From Malassezia furfur (taxonomy: Eukaryota): a stretch of 56,154 nucleotides of DNA. This document shows positions 43,306 to 53,270 of this stretch, piece after piece. Every line of letters begins with the position of its first letter. Within the stretch, counting starts at the first letter, position 1. The position numbers and the translations under genes were made by a program. The notes under the pieces were generated by a model, which saw only the letters and a program-made list of their open reading frames with translations, did no database searches and was not told the origin of the DNA. The DNA lies in NCBI GenBank assembly GCA_052055015.1, contig JBQJIT010000024.1; one strand, 5' to 3'.

Positions 43306-44886
43306 ATGCCACCCTTCCGCTTGGCCGACTTCCAGGCCGAGCTGGACCGTTTCGTGTCGGACCCACAGAAGCCACACAAGTATCAGGACAAAGCGATTGC
43401 AGAGCATCTCTCGGAGGAAGACCCGCTGCGCTCTTTGCGCGATGGGTACGAGCTCCCGCGTCTACGTGACATCACCAACGATTCGTCGATCTCCTCCGAC
43501 GTGCCTGCCTACTACTTCTGCGGCAACTCCCTAGGGCCCTTGGCAAAAAAATCACGCACGTATCTCTCGGAAGAGCTGGAGATATGGAGCCGGTTTGGTG
43601 TGAATGGCCATTTCGACCATCTGCATCAGCGGCCTTGGGCCAGTATCGATGAACGTATTGCTCGCTTCACTGCCGAGGTGGTGGGCGCGAAGCGATCGGA
43701 GGTGGCCGTCATGGCTACCCTTACCCAAAACTTGCATACCATGCTGGCGACCTTCTATCGACCGAATGCGCAAGGTCCGTGCAATGGACGCTACAAAATT
43801 CTGTATGAACGTCGTGCATTCCCGTCAGACAAGTATGCTTTGGACTCGGTGTGTCGCTTGCAGGGGCTGGACCCGCGCGAATGTCTCGTCCCGCTTGAGC
43901 CGCGGGAGGGCGAGACGTACATACGTACGGAAGATATCCTCAAGGCCATTGAACATGTGGGTCAAGCGGGCGCGATGATCGTCTTAGGCGGCGTGCAGTA
44001 CTTCACGGGTCAACTGTTTGAGCTGGAGCCCATCGCTAAGGCGGCACATGCTGTTGGTATGACGATTGGCGTGGACCTTGCCCATGCATTCCTGAATGTG
44101 CCACTGTGCCTGCATGACTGGGACATTGACTGGGCCGTCTGGTGTTCGTACAAGTATGGGTCCGGTGGTCCGGGTGGGATTGCCGGTATGTTCCTCCACG
44201 AGAAATGGGCGTCTGAAAATCTTGCACGTCCTTCAGGATGGTGGGGCCACAACCGGTCCACTCGTTTTACCATGCCTGAGGAGTTTGACCCGATCCCAGG
44301 TGCGGCAGGTTGGCAGGTGTCCAATCCCTCGGTGATGGATGTCTCTGTGTTGATCGGTGCTCTGGAAACGGTCTGGGAAGGAGTCCAGGCAGCGAACCCC
44401 TCTGACTCGGATCTTGCGCAAATCGGCACGGACGAGGATACAGCCGCTCGCGAAAAGATGACTCACATCGGAAGCGGCCGAATCATGCCCACGTTGCGCA
44501 CCAAGAGCCAGCGCCTGACGGCCTACCTTGTTCTCTTAATGGGACGTGATGGCTTTGACCTCGAGAAATTCGGCGTCAAGCTGAGGCTCGTTACACCTGA
44601 TGACCCCGAACAACGCGGGTCACAACTCTGCATCCAGTTCTTGGACAATGCGGCGCAGCAGCCTGTGCGCAACGGCAACGACAACGTCGCTCGCTCTATG
44701 TCAGGCGATACGTTGTTGGGACGCGTCGTGCACCTTATGGAGAAGAAACGCGGCGTGGTCGTGGATATGCGATACCCCGATGTCCTACGTGTGGCACCTC
44801 TTCCGGCATTTAACACCTATGTTGAGGTCCATTACGTGGTAGAGACCCTCGCATGGGCCCTCCAGCAGGTAGGACAAGCCCCGTAG
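43306..44886 (+). CDS. BNA5: Kynureninase
   Basis: YFCGNSLG, LTQNLH, AFPSDKYA, GVQYFTGQ, VDLAHA, WCSYKY (PLP Lys), GWWGH, QRGSQL and DMRYPDVLRVAP. Confidence 0.96.
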   Translation: MPPFRLADFQAELDRFVSDPQKPHKYQDKAIAEHLSEEDPLRSLRDGYELPRLRDITNDSSISSDVPAYYFCGNSLGPLAKKSRTYLSEELEIWSRFGVNGHFDHLHQRPWASIDERIARFTAEVVGAKRSEVAVMATLTQNLHTMLATFYRPNAQGPCNGRYKILYERRAFPSDKYALDSVCRLQGLDPRECLVPLEPREGETYIRTEDILKAIEHVGQAGAMIVLGGVQYFTGQLFELEPIAKAAHAVGMTIGVDLAHAFLNVPLCLHDWDIDWAVWCSYKYGSGGPGGIAGMFLHEKWASENLARPSGWWGHNRSTRFTMPEEFDPIPGAAGWQVSNPSVMDVSVLIGALETVWEGVQAANPSDSDLAQIGTDEDTAAREKMTHIGSGRIMPTLRTKSQRLTAYLVLLMGRDGFDLEKFGVKLRLVTPDDPEQRGSQLCIQFLDNAAQQPVRNGNDNVARSMSGDTLLGRVVHLMEKKRGVVVDMRYPDVLRVAPLPAFNTYVEVHYVVETLAWALQQVGQAP

Positions 44887-44965
44887 CCTTGAGACTCTCG
44901 GCCGAATATTCATCGCCGTTGGCTCGGCCCGCGGCTTGTCGCAGCCTGACGACGCGGTTTACTCG

Positions 44966-45224
44966 ATGGCTTCTGCGGCTCTGAGTGTGCTTGGTTACGC
45001 CGGTTTCGGCTTCCTCGCGCGTTGCTACGCGCTGGGCATCCAGAAGCGCAACATTATGGACAGTACGTTGCCTGCCTGTATCACTAATTACAGACTTTAC
45101 GGGTCATGTCCTGTTTGCCGGCGCCTTTGGTGCTCTGGGCTACTGGCTCCACGGCGTGAAGGTTTCGCAGCAAGAGCTTCTTGAGCGGAAACAGAAGGAG
45201 CTTTCTGAGCGTCGGCTGGCTTAA
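44966..45224 (+). CDS. Complex I accessory subunit NDUFC2/B14.5b-like
   Basis: GYAGFGFLARCYALGIQKRN, intron 45063-45093, then GHVLFAGAFGALGYW...QQELLERK...ERR. Small protein with two TM helices. Confidence 0.8.
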
Positions 45225-45718
45225 GTTTGCTGCTCCAGGAGACACTGAACGTATTCAACTTTGACGACCAAGTTTAACCTATCCCTTGCGCTTGGTTGCA
45301 AATCCATGGCTATCCTTACCTGACGCACCTATGCTCTGCTGCCAGGGCGCACATGAATACGTGCATGTCGAGGAGAATCCTACTTGTAGCTTGCAAATCA
45401 AAACATGCCCTCTTGTAGACCAGGCCCGTAAACCCCGCGGGTGTGTTCATCGGCCGTAACAGGCTGTGGTGTTTGCGCACCGAGAGCACCAATGTACGAA
45501 TTACAAGTCCATCGCACACATTGCTGCTGCGGTCAAGTCGAGGCAAGCATCACATATTCTGCGATACATAGTCTACAGGAAGAACCAGAGTAAAACGCTT
45601 ACACCTGGGTGATATCGTCCTTAAGACCGAATCATTGGCATGAGGCCAATTACCGTGAAACAGCAGCTCTATACAGCCGCGGTAGTATTTTGGAAAATGA
45701 CAAGTACAAAGACTTTGT

Positions 45719-46500
45719 TTAGGGGAGGTTCTTGTCCACGCGCTGCTTGCGCTCGCTGAGGCGCTTGGCGACGAGCTCGTAGTACTCGGCCTTCTCGAGC
45801 TCCTTCTTCTTGATCTGCTGCTTCTTCACGCGCTTGTTGTCGCGCTTGCGCTGGAGACGCTGAGGAGTAATGAGACGCTGGATCTTGGGGGCCTTGGTGT
45901 AAGGCTTGGCACCCTCCTTCTTGGGCTCGACAGTGCGGCGGATAACGTACTTGCGCACATCGTCCTCCTTGGAGAGGTTGAAGAACTTGCGAATGTCTGC
46001 GATGTAAGCAATCCCATAAGATCATACGTACGGTTGGCACGCTTGGGACCAAGGCGCTTGGGAACAGCGCTGTCAGGGTCGGTCAGACCGGGAATCTCCT
46101 GCTCGCCCTGCTTAACGATGGTGCAGTGCAGGGCCTGGATATCGGGGCCGACGATGCAGCCGCGGACGGACTTCCGGCGGCGCTGACCGGTGCGGCGCAC
46201 ACGGTAGCACGAGTCGCCCTCACCGAGGAGGAGGCGAACACGGTAGGGCAGCAGAACACCCTGCTTCATAGGGAAACCCTGCTTGTCGTTACCACCGCCG
46301 ATGCGGAGGACGTAGCCCTTCCACTCGTCACCGAGCGAGTCGACCTCGACATCCTGGGACATGCGCTTGTCGTAGAAGCAGCGCCTGCAAATGTGTTAGT
46401 ACATGTATGACCACAACGAGACGACGTACACGTTGCGCTCATCAAGGAACTCAAAAGACTTCTGCGCGCCCGTGGCAGGGTTGGCAACGTTAAGCTTCAT
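45719..46500 (-). CDS. RPS6: 40S ribosomal protein S6 (eS6)
   Basis: [14 protein letters not shown]...[14 protein letters not shown]...RKSVRGCIV...[10 protein letters not shown]...[11 protein letters not shown]. Introns 46385-46429 and 45997-46031, plus a 5'-UTR intron 46501-46547 ending directly at the ATG. Confidence 0.98.
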
Positions 46501-46629
46501 CTGCGATGGCGTTAGTATATGTCCAAGTAAGGCGCTCGAAGACCAACCTTGCGAAGGTTTCACGAAGTGTGATGTGCAAAGAGCCGCGCCTGGCGCATAC
46601 CCCTCGAAAACCTGGCCGCACGAAGTTCA

Positions 46630-46682
46630 TCACGTGCATACAGTTTGTACTGTATTCATTCACGTGATTATTGCATCACGTG
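46630..46682. promoter_or_regulatory. Three TCACGTG E-boxes in the RPS6/RPS13 bidirectional promoter
   Basis: TCACGTG at 46630-46636, 46660-46666 and 46676-46682. Confidence 0.6.
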
Positions 46683-46746
46683 CCCTTTTGCATCGGCTCG
46701 AGAAGGCGCGCTTGCGAGCCTCACCTCACCTCGTTCAATAGTCACC

Positions 46747-47283
46747 ATGGGTCGCATGTACTGTACGTGGTTGACATGCCCAGCAGTTGATACTAACCTA
46801 CAGCGAAGGGAAAGGGCATTAGCAAGTCGGCTCTGCCTTACCGCCGCACTCCTCCGTCGTGGCTCAAGACCACGCCCGAGGAGGTCGTGCAGCAGATCGT
46901 GAAGCTCGCCCGTAAGGGTGTTACCCCCTCGCAGATCGGTGCGACCCTCCGTGACAGCCACGGTATCGCGCAGGTCCGCTTCGTGACGGGTAACAAGATT
47001 CTGCGTATCCTCAAGAGCGAGGGTCTCGCCCCCGAGATTCCCGAGGACCTGTACCACCTCATCGTATGTACCTTTGATGCCCTCCCGTATACTAACCTTG
47101 CAGAAGCGTGCCGTCGCTGTGCGCAAGCACCTTGAGCGTAGCCGCAAGGACACGAACGCCAAGTTCCGTCTCATTATTGTCGAGTCGACCATTCACCGCC
47201 TGACTCGCTACTACAAGACGACCGGTGCTCTCCCGCCGACGTTCAAGTACGAGTCGTCGACCGCCTCGACGCTTGTGGCTTAA
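46747..47283 (+). CDS. RPS13: 40S ribosomal protein S13 (uS15)
   Basis: [18 protein letters not shown]...[16 protein letters not shown]...[20 protein letters not shown]...[19 protein letters not shown]. Introns 46763-46803 and 47064-47103. Confidence 0.98.
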
Positions 47284-47677
47284 GTATGATATTCCCTGCG
47301 AAAGGCGTTGGTGTATGGCTTTATATGCCAATTCTCTGACTGTTCTTTTTCGAAGGATGGGAAGAGCATGCTTGGATTGGTACTTGTCCAATCTACTTTG
47401 CAAATAGACGCACAGCTTTCGCGCTTGTATGTTTGCAATCCAAAAATCTTGAGGACACTTCGGAGAGCGACTCGGTCGCCTTTAAAAATTGTCGCTGTGC
47501 TGCAGCTTGAGCGGTTTCCTAGCCGCGGGCCTAGCCTTTCCGCCAAATGACGAGACCCTGGCCTTTAGATTTTTAAAATATTTTGGTTGAATCCCTATTG
47601 GATCGGTACGCGAGACCAACGTCGGCTAATTATACCCCGCGGTACTTGCGAAGGAAATCGTTCCGCGGCCTCTTGTC

Positions 47678-50600
47678 ATGGCAAAGGACTGCGCTGGCGC
47701 AGGCTCGCCTCTGGGCGTGCCATCGCCGCTGTCGCTCACCCCGAGTGGCCCGTTCGAGCGCCATACCCCGTCCACCCATATTCAGCCCATGGCGCCAGCG
47801 CAGGGTGCCCATGCCGCAACAGACCAAGATACCCAGCACGAATTTAGCGACGTTGAATCACTATCTTTGCCAAGTGCCAAGAGCTTTACGAGTGAGTCGG
47901 CGAAGAGTCTTCGTGATTCTGGCGGTTCAACAGGGACCTCTGCGCAGCCGAAGCCATCCCTGCATCTTTCTCCAGATCTGTTCCAGCGGCCTGCTGTGGT
48001 CACTGCCTCTGCCATTTTGTCTCGCTCCGGGAGACTGCATCCTATACTCCAAACCCATAACAGGTCCGGATCCGTGAAGAACGACACCGATGTCGGCTAT
48101 TTTACCTCGATGCAGCGCAGGGCGTCCACACATTCCTCCAATGCAGACCTCGGGACCGCGGAGAACGGGGACGAAGAGGAAGATCAGGAAGGTTCTTCCT
48201 TTGCATCAATACCCACCCTGCTCAAGGATGTATGGAACGACAGTCGGGAGGACTCATTGGGCAAGACGAAGAAGGGATCCAAGCACACTGGAAGCGCTAT
48301 TGAGGCCATCGGTGCCTTGTTCTTGCATCAAGACAGTGCAGGACGGCTTGATCAACTGAGTCTTGAGCGCCCTGGGAAGGCCCAAGACAAAGCTGGATGG
48401 CCGCTGCGCATGCCTCTATGGTTGACCATGTTTGAGGCACGAGCTTGGCTTGGATCTATGTCTCGCTGGTTTCAGCGGGCTGAACCCACCTTGGAAACGC
48501 ACGAGGAGCCAAAACAGAAGAAGAGGAAGGCGGCCGCTCCCAATCGTGAAGAGGCATACGAAAACCTTCCGCCTACGCCTGTCGCAATGCCAGGGTCTTA
48601 CATGCGAGACTTCGACGACAGCCTCTTGCTTCCTCCGCCGTTACTAGACGAGGGCAGTGATCCACGGAGCTTCGAGGGAATTTTGGGTGTACGCCGTATG
48701 CGTGAACAGCAGCAGCGAAAGAAGCGTCTAGATGCGCTTCGCGAGCGGAACCGACCTGCACACCGTGTAGATATGCTCACGGCCTTTTCCAACTTTGTTC
48801 GATCGGCCAAAGCTTCCGAGACGCGGCACGGGCAACCACAGACCAAAAAGCGCCGCCGTTTCGGACTCGGGATGGACATGCGCAATGACTGCCCAGAAAG
48901 TCCTACGCGTGAAGAAGTGTTTGCGTCGTTACGTTCCGAATGGTCTAAGCCGCGTCGATTTCCATCTGCCAAGACGGAGCCAGACATTGACGTGGCATCT
49001 GATGATGAATCGCATGCGGAAAGCAGCGCCATGGCGCCTAGGCGTCCTTTGCTACGACGCACCGCAACAACGGAGCCCTACACTGGGCTTAGTCGACCAT
49101 TGATGGAGCAGAAAGATGCCGAAACCGCACTAGCTTCGCCCCTATGGAACGAGACCAGGGGGGAAGAAGCTGAAACGGAGGTGCTTGGCATAACGGAAAA
49201 TGAGCAAGTGCTGTTGTCCACGCCGGAGCAGCCTGCTGAGCTGCATCATCCTTCTAGTCCCCTGGAAGAGCTTGCTCATCACACGACCTATCGCCTGACG
49301 CCGCGAGCCATGCTGGACCGTGCCAGGACCGATTCCCTGTCCAATTCGCCTGCAACGACTCGCTCAGGTGATAGCAACAGTCGTCAAGTGACACCCGGCA
49401 AAAACGTCGAGACGCCCGAGAAAGATGCACACTTGAGCAACATATGGATGGCCGTGTCATGGTTGTTTGTTGGCGTTACATTCATTCCTGAGTTTATTGT
49501 CTTTTTGCTGGCGCATCTGCTCGATTTCGTAATGGATGTCTATGAAGTGCTTGCCCAAACCCTGTGGTTCCTGCGCTGGCTCTGGCTCAATCTCACCGGT
49601 CGTACTGTACTGGGCCGCTGCTTTTATGAGGCATACACTCTTTTCCAATCGGAATGGGCGTATGTTGCCCGTGAAGACCACGAGGCACGCGGCGAGCGGC
49701 GCAAGAAGCTGCAACGGATCCCCATCTTCCATGGACGCAAAGGCCTGAGCGCATTCCAGGTGGTTCGTGGTATTTTGGAGCTTGCCTGTATCCAAGCTGT
49801 GACTCGGGAACAATACCAGCGCGAGGGTGCCGGCCTCGAGCAGCTCCGTAATTGGCGGAAAAAGGCGATGGCGCCGCCGACACCGGCTTTGCAACCGGAA
49901 CAGGAACAAGGGGACGAGTCTGATTCGGATGAGGACGATGATCTCGTTGTGACAAACCGCACCAGCGACATTTTGGAAATTTCGCGCACCACAGCGCGTG
50001 CGTCTGGCCGTCGGGCATCCAAGTCGTCCGAGAATGGGGGGAAACGACACGATGCGGCGTATTGGCTCTGGCATGAAGACAATGCAGCGCTGGTGCGCAA
50101 CGTCAAATGGGCATCACAGCTTGCTATGTCTGCGTATGGTTTGCAGGTGCTCATTGTTGACTTGCCACCGGTTTTTACGCCATCCGGACGCCAATTTCCC
50201 CAACAGACCTTCGCACATCTCTCGCGTCTGGATGCGGATGACGTCTTGCACGCGGACATTCAAACGCTGGACGAGGAGGCATCTTATTCGCCAACATTCT
50301 ATATCGTTCGGGACATGCGACGCAAGGTGGTGTGCGTTGCTGTCCGTGGCACCCAGAGCTTTGCGGACATTGTCGTGGACTTGGACGTGCGTACCGAAGA
50401 CATTACCTCGACGCTGTCCGAGTGGCGTGGTGTCGACCTTGAGTCACATTCCGAGCGGTTTGCCTACCATGCAGGAATCTGGCGGGCGGCTCGCGAGCTC
50501 GTCAAGCCTGGGTCTACCCTGTTTTGCAAGTTGTGCGATGCTCTCAACGAGCACGAAGACTTTGGCGTGGTGTTTGTGGGTCACTCGCTCGGCGGTGCCA

Positions 50601-51448
50601 TTGCCAGTGCCGCAGTGATTCTCTTGTCAGAGTACCACATCGACGAGCCAGGGCTGGAGCCAGATCCCAGCAAAGGCATCTGGCGCACGTCTGGACTTAA
50701 TGGCTTCCCTGACGGCCGCCGTATTCGCGCCATCACCTTTGCGCATCCGTCGACGGTCTCGAGCAATCTGTCGACCCGTACGTCATTTGGCGAGGTACCG
50801 CTCGTGACGACTGTGATCCTAGGCAGCGACATCATTCCGCGTTTCGGACACGGTCAAGTGCGCGAACTGCGTCGCGTGCTGGGTGCCCTGACGCGTGTCC
50901 GCAGGCGCCGGGCGCGAGTGTCGACGACGATCAGCAGCAAGCAGGGGAATGGCTCCGAAGAGGAAGAAGCGGTTGTGCATGTCTTGCGCCGCTACTGGGA
51001 TTGGCTATCCATCTGCCGGAACGACCGACCCGACGCAGTCATGTTGGATCGCAAACGCCAGCTTGAGGCGCTGTTTTGGCGGCTGCGATGCGAGGTTGAA
51101 GACGATCTGTACTCGCGTGCCAAACGCCGCTTTGATGAGTTGCAGTACCGGACCAATGCACCCAATTCACCCTGGGTACGTGCTCAAAACAGCGAGCCAA
51201 TTGAGCTACACACGTTATCTCAGCGGCGTCAGCGGCTCGATGACGCCACACTGAGCAGCGAAACGGCGCTAGGTGGGCCCCTCGTGCCCGCCGGTCGCGT
51301 GCTATGGCTCGAGAAAGGCGAGCTGTACAACGTGACGAATCCCATGTCCTTTTTCAGTCTGCCCGATCTTCAGTCGACCATGTTCTTGGACCACTTTCCG
51401 GCAGCGTATGAGGAAGCGATCTTGGCATTGGGTCGCTCGGCGACTTAA
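47678..51448 (+). CDS. Class-3 lipase (diacylglycerol lipase-like) with a long disordered N-terminus and membrane segment
   Basis: VAVRGTQSFADIVVD, YHAGIW, FVGHSLGG (GxSxG), SDIIPR and DHFP, with a hydrophobic stretch IWMAVSWLFVGVTFIPEFIVFLL. Confidence 0.9.
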   Translation: MAKDCAGAGSPLGVPSPLSLTPSGPFERHTPSTHIQPMAPAQGAHAATDQDTQHEFSDVESLSLPSAKSFTSESAKSLRDSGGSTGTSAQPKPSLHLSPDLFQRPAVVTASAILSRSGRLHPILQTHNRSGSVKNDTDVGYFTSMQRRASTHSSNADLGTAENGDEEEDQEGSSFASIPTLLKDVWNDSREDSLGKTKKGSKHTGSAIEAIGALFLHQDSAGRLDQLSLERPGKAQDKAGWPLRMPLWLTMFEARAWLGSMSRWFQRAEPTLETHEEPKQKKRKAAAPNREEAYENLPPTPVAMPGSYMRDFDDSLLLPPPLLDEGSDPRSFEGILGVRRMREQQQRKKRLDALRERNRPAHRVDMLTAFSNFVRSAKASETRHGQPQTKKRRRFGLGMDMRNDCPESPTREEVFASLRSEWSKPRRFPSAKTEPDIDVASDDESHAESSAMAPRRPLLRRTATTEPYTGLSRPLMEQKDAETALASPLWNETRGEEAETEVLGITENEQVLLSTPEQPAELHHPSSPLEELAHHTTYRLTPRAMLDRARTDSLSNSPATTRSGDSNSRQVTPGKNVETPEKDAHLSNIWMAVSWLFVGVTFIPEFIVFLLAHLLDFVMDVYEVLAQTLWFLRWLWLNLTGRTVLGRCFYEAYTLFQSEWAYVAREDHEARGERRKKLQRIPIFHGRKGLSAFQVVRGILELACIQAVTREQYQREGAGLEQLRNWRKKAMAPPTPALQPEQEQGDESDSDEDDDLVVTNRTSDILEISRTTARASGRRASKSSENGGKRHDAAYWLWHEDNAALVRNVKWASQLAMSAYGLQVLIVDLPPVFTPSGRQFPQQTFAHLSRLDADDVLHADIQTLDEEASYSPTFYIVRDMRRKVVCVAVRGTQSFADIVVDLDVRTEDITSTLSEWRGVDLESHSERFAYHAGIWRAARELVKPGSTLFCKLCDALNEHEDFGVVFVGHSLGGAIASAAVILLSEYHIDEPGLEPDPSKGIWRTSGLNGFPDGRRIRAITFAHPSTVSSNLSTRTSFGEVPLVTTVILGSDIIPRFGHGQVRELRRVLGALTRVRRRRARVSTTISSKQGNGSEEEEAVVHVLRRYWDWLSICRNDRPDAVMLDRKRQLEALFWRLRCEVEDDLYSRAKRRFDELQYRTNAPNSPWVRAQNSEPIELHTLSQRRQRLDDATLSSETALGGPLVPAGRVLWLEKGELYNVTNPMSFFSLPDLQSTMFLDHFPAAYEEAILALGRSAT

Positions 51449-51613
51449 TATGTGGAGCGAATCAAAAATGACTGTGTCTGCGCAATTTTTGGTCTTCTGT
51501 AACTCGTAACCGATAGGGTGCTTGGTACTCTGGGACTGCACGTTTTCTAAGATTGTGAATCCGTGTATCTCGGTCCGGGGAACCCACCAAATTTTCGACG
51601 TCGACCACTTCAG

Positions 51614-53230
51614 ATGGAGTGCGGGACGAGTCGTAGGCTAGGGGCGTTCAGAACGCATCCCTATGCGCCGCACTCAACCGACGTCTGTGGCGCGTGCTCG
51701 TCCGGGTGCACGCTTGAGCACGGCGGATGCAAGGGCACGACGATCTGTTACGACCCTCACTGTGCATTGCCGGCGTGCAATGCCTACTCCATTCAAAATG
51801 TCCTGACACTCGGGATGGCTGCGTGTGAACAGCCAAGCGCGCTGACGTCCATGTACCCAGCGAACAACTCGTGTATTTCTACATGCAGCGTGCCTTGTAT
51901 CCTCGAGGCGTGCCCTGAACCACACTGCACACTGCCCCAAGTGTCCAGCTCGAACGAATGCATCAGTGTGTGTGATGGCTACCTCGATGGTACGCCGGCA
52001 TGCTCGTCGACGTGCTGCGATGGCTCGGATCTATTATGGCCATCGCTGCCCCCTCTCCACTCACCTGTGTCTACATGCTGCACCAGCCAATGCACAGCGC
52101 CGGGCGACTGCACCTGGGCATTGCAGAGCTGTGCACCTACGACTGTGTCCTCGTGCTATACAGGCGCGTCTGCTCCCTGTTCGACGCCGAGCGAGGCTAC
52201 TTCAAGCTCTGGGCAGAGTATATCCACTGCGTGTTCGACGCCGATGCAGACGGCATGGCACGAACCTCCAAGTCGCGTCCCTGACATCTTTTCTTGTCAG
52301 TGGGCTGAGTGCGATGTCCAGGCATCGACGATCGAGGCGCTTGCAGCCCATGTGCGCAAGACCCACGCGGAGCAGGCACAAAAATGGCCGGCCGTGCTGC
52401 AGGCCGGATCCTTCCCTCACCTCTCCTCGACGACATGGGAATGGCCGCTCCCCCACGAAGGGGATTCCAACCCTCACACCCCGACAGCTCCCAAGCAAGA
52501 GTCATCGTCTGCTGCGTGGTCGCCGCTCACGGAGCTGGCGTGCAGTGCCGATATGGCGCCGCTGCTGCAGCTTGACACGGCGTGCCTGTGCCCTCCTCCT
52601 GCGCCTGGCAAAAAGCCTCACGCATGTGGCTGGGAGCACTGTAATCAGAGTTTCTCGACGCATGCCGAGCTTACCGAGCACATTGCGCGCGACCACATTG
52701 GCTCCGGCAAGAATGAGTACGAGTGCCGCTGGGTAGGCTGCAAGCGTGCCGAGGAAGGACGCGCCTTTTCGCAGCGCCAAAAAGTGTTGCGGCACATGCA
52801 GACGCACACGGGCGACCGCCCATATGTGTGTCGTGTGTGCGAGAAGCGCTTCTCGGAACCGGCGACGCTCACGCAGCACATGCGCATTCACACGCAAGAG
52901 CGGCCGTACAAGTGTGACTTCCCCGGGTGCAACAAGTCGTTCAGCGTTGCAGGCAGCTTGACGATCCACAAGCGTACGCACACAGGTGACCGTCCCTTTG
53001 TGTGCCCCGTGCAAGGTTGCGGCAAGCAGTTTGCTGAGAGCAGCAACCTCAACAAGCACATGCGCATCCATCGCGGCGACCGGCCGTTCCAGTGTCCCGA
53101 GTGTGGGCGCGACTTTGCGCGCCTCGACCAGCTCGGTCGTCACCGAAAAATCCATGACGCGAAGCGCGCCACTTCGGTGCGTACCCAGACCGAGACGCCG
53201 CGCGCGCCGGTACCAGTTGTAGATGAATAG
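51614..53230 (+). CDS. C2H2 zinc-finger transcription factor, Zap1/ZafA/Csr1-like
   Basis: Seven C2H2 fingers, three of them C-x-W-x-x-C type, with FSQRQKVLRHMQTHTGDRPY and HTGDRPF linkers. Cys-rich N-terminus. Confidence 0.85.
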   Translation: MECGTSRRLGAFRTHPYAPHSTDVCGACSSGCTLEHGGCKGTTICYDPHCALPACNAYSIQNVLTLGMAACEQPSALTSMYPANNSCISTCSVPCILEACPEPHCTLPQVSSSNECISVCDGYLDGTPACSSTCCDGSDLLWPSLPPLHSPVSTCCTSQCTAPGDCTWALQSCAPTTVSSCYTGASAPCSTPSEATSSSGQSISTACSTPMQTAWHEPPSRVPDIFSCQWAECDVQASTIEALAAHVRKTHAEQAQKWPAVLQAGSFPHLSSTTWEWPLPHEGDSNPHTPTAPKQESSSAAWSPLTELACSADMAPLLQLDTACLCPPPAPGKKPHACGWEHCNQSFSTHAELTEHIARDHIGSGKNEYECRWVGCKRAEEGRAFSQRQKVLRHMQTHTGDRPYVCRVCEKRFSEPATLTQHMRIHTQERPYKCDFPGCNKSFSVAGSLTIHKRTHTGDRPFVCPVQGCGKQFAESSNLNKHMRIHRGDRPFQCPECGRDFARLDQLGRHRKIHDAKRATSVRTQTETPRAPVPVVDE

Positions 53231-53270
53231 TCTCTGTCTGCTGCCGTCCTTCTCGCATCCGTGTGGAGGA

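Noticed and set aside
40718..44886. Acyltransferase plus kynureninase as a tryptophan-derived metabolite cluster
   Set aside because: They are separated by an unrelated gene, kynureninase is a core NAD-pathway enzyme, and there are no other pathway genes nearby.
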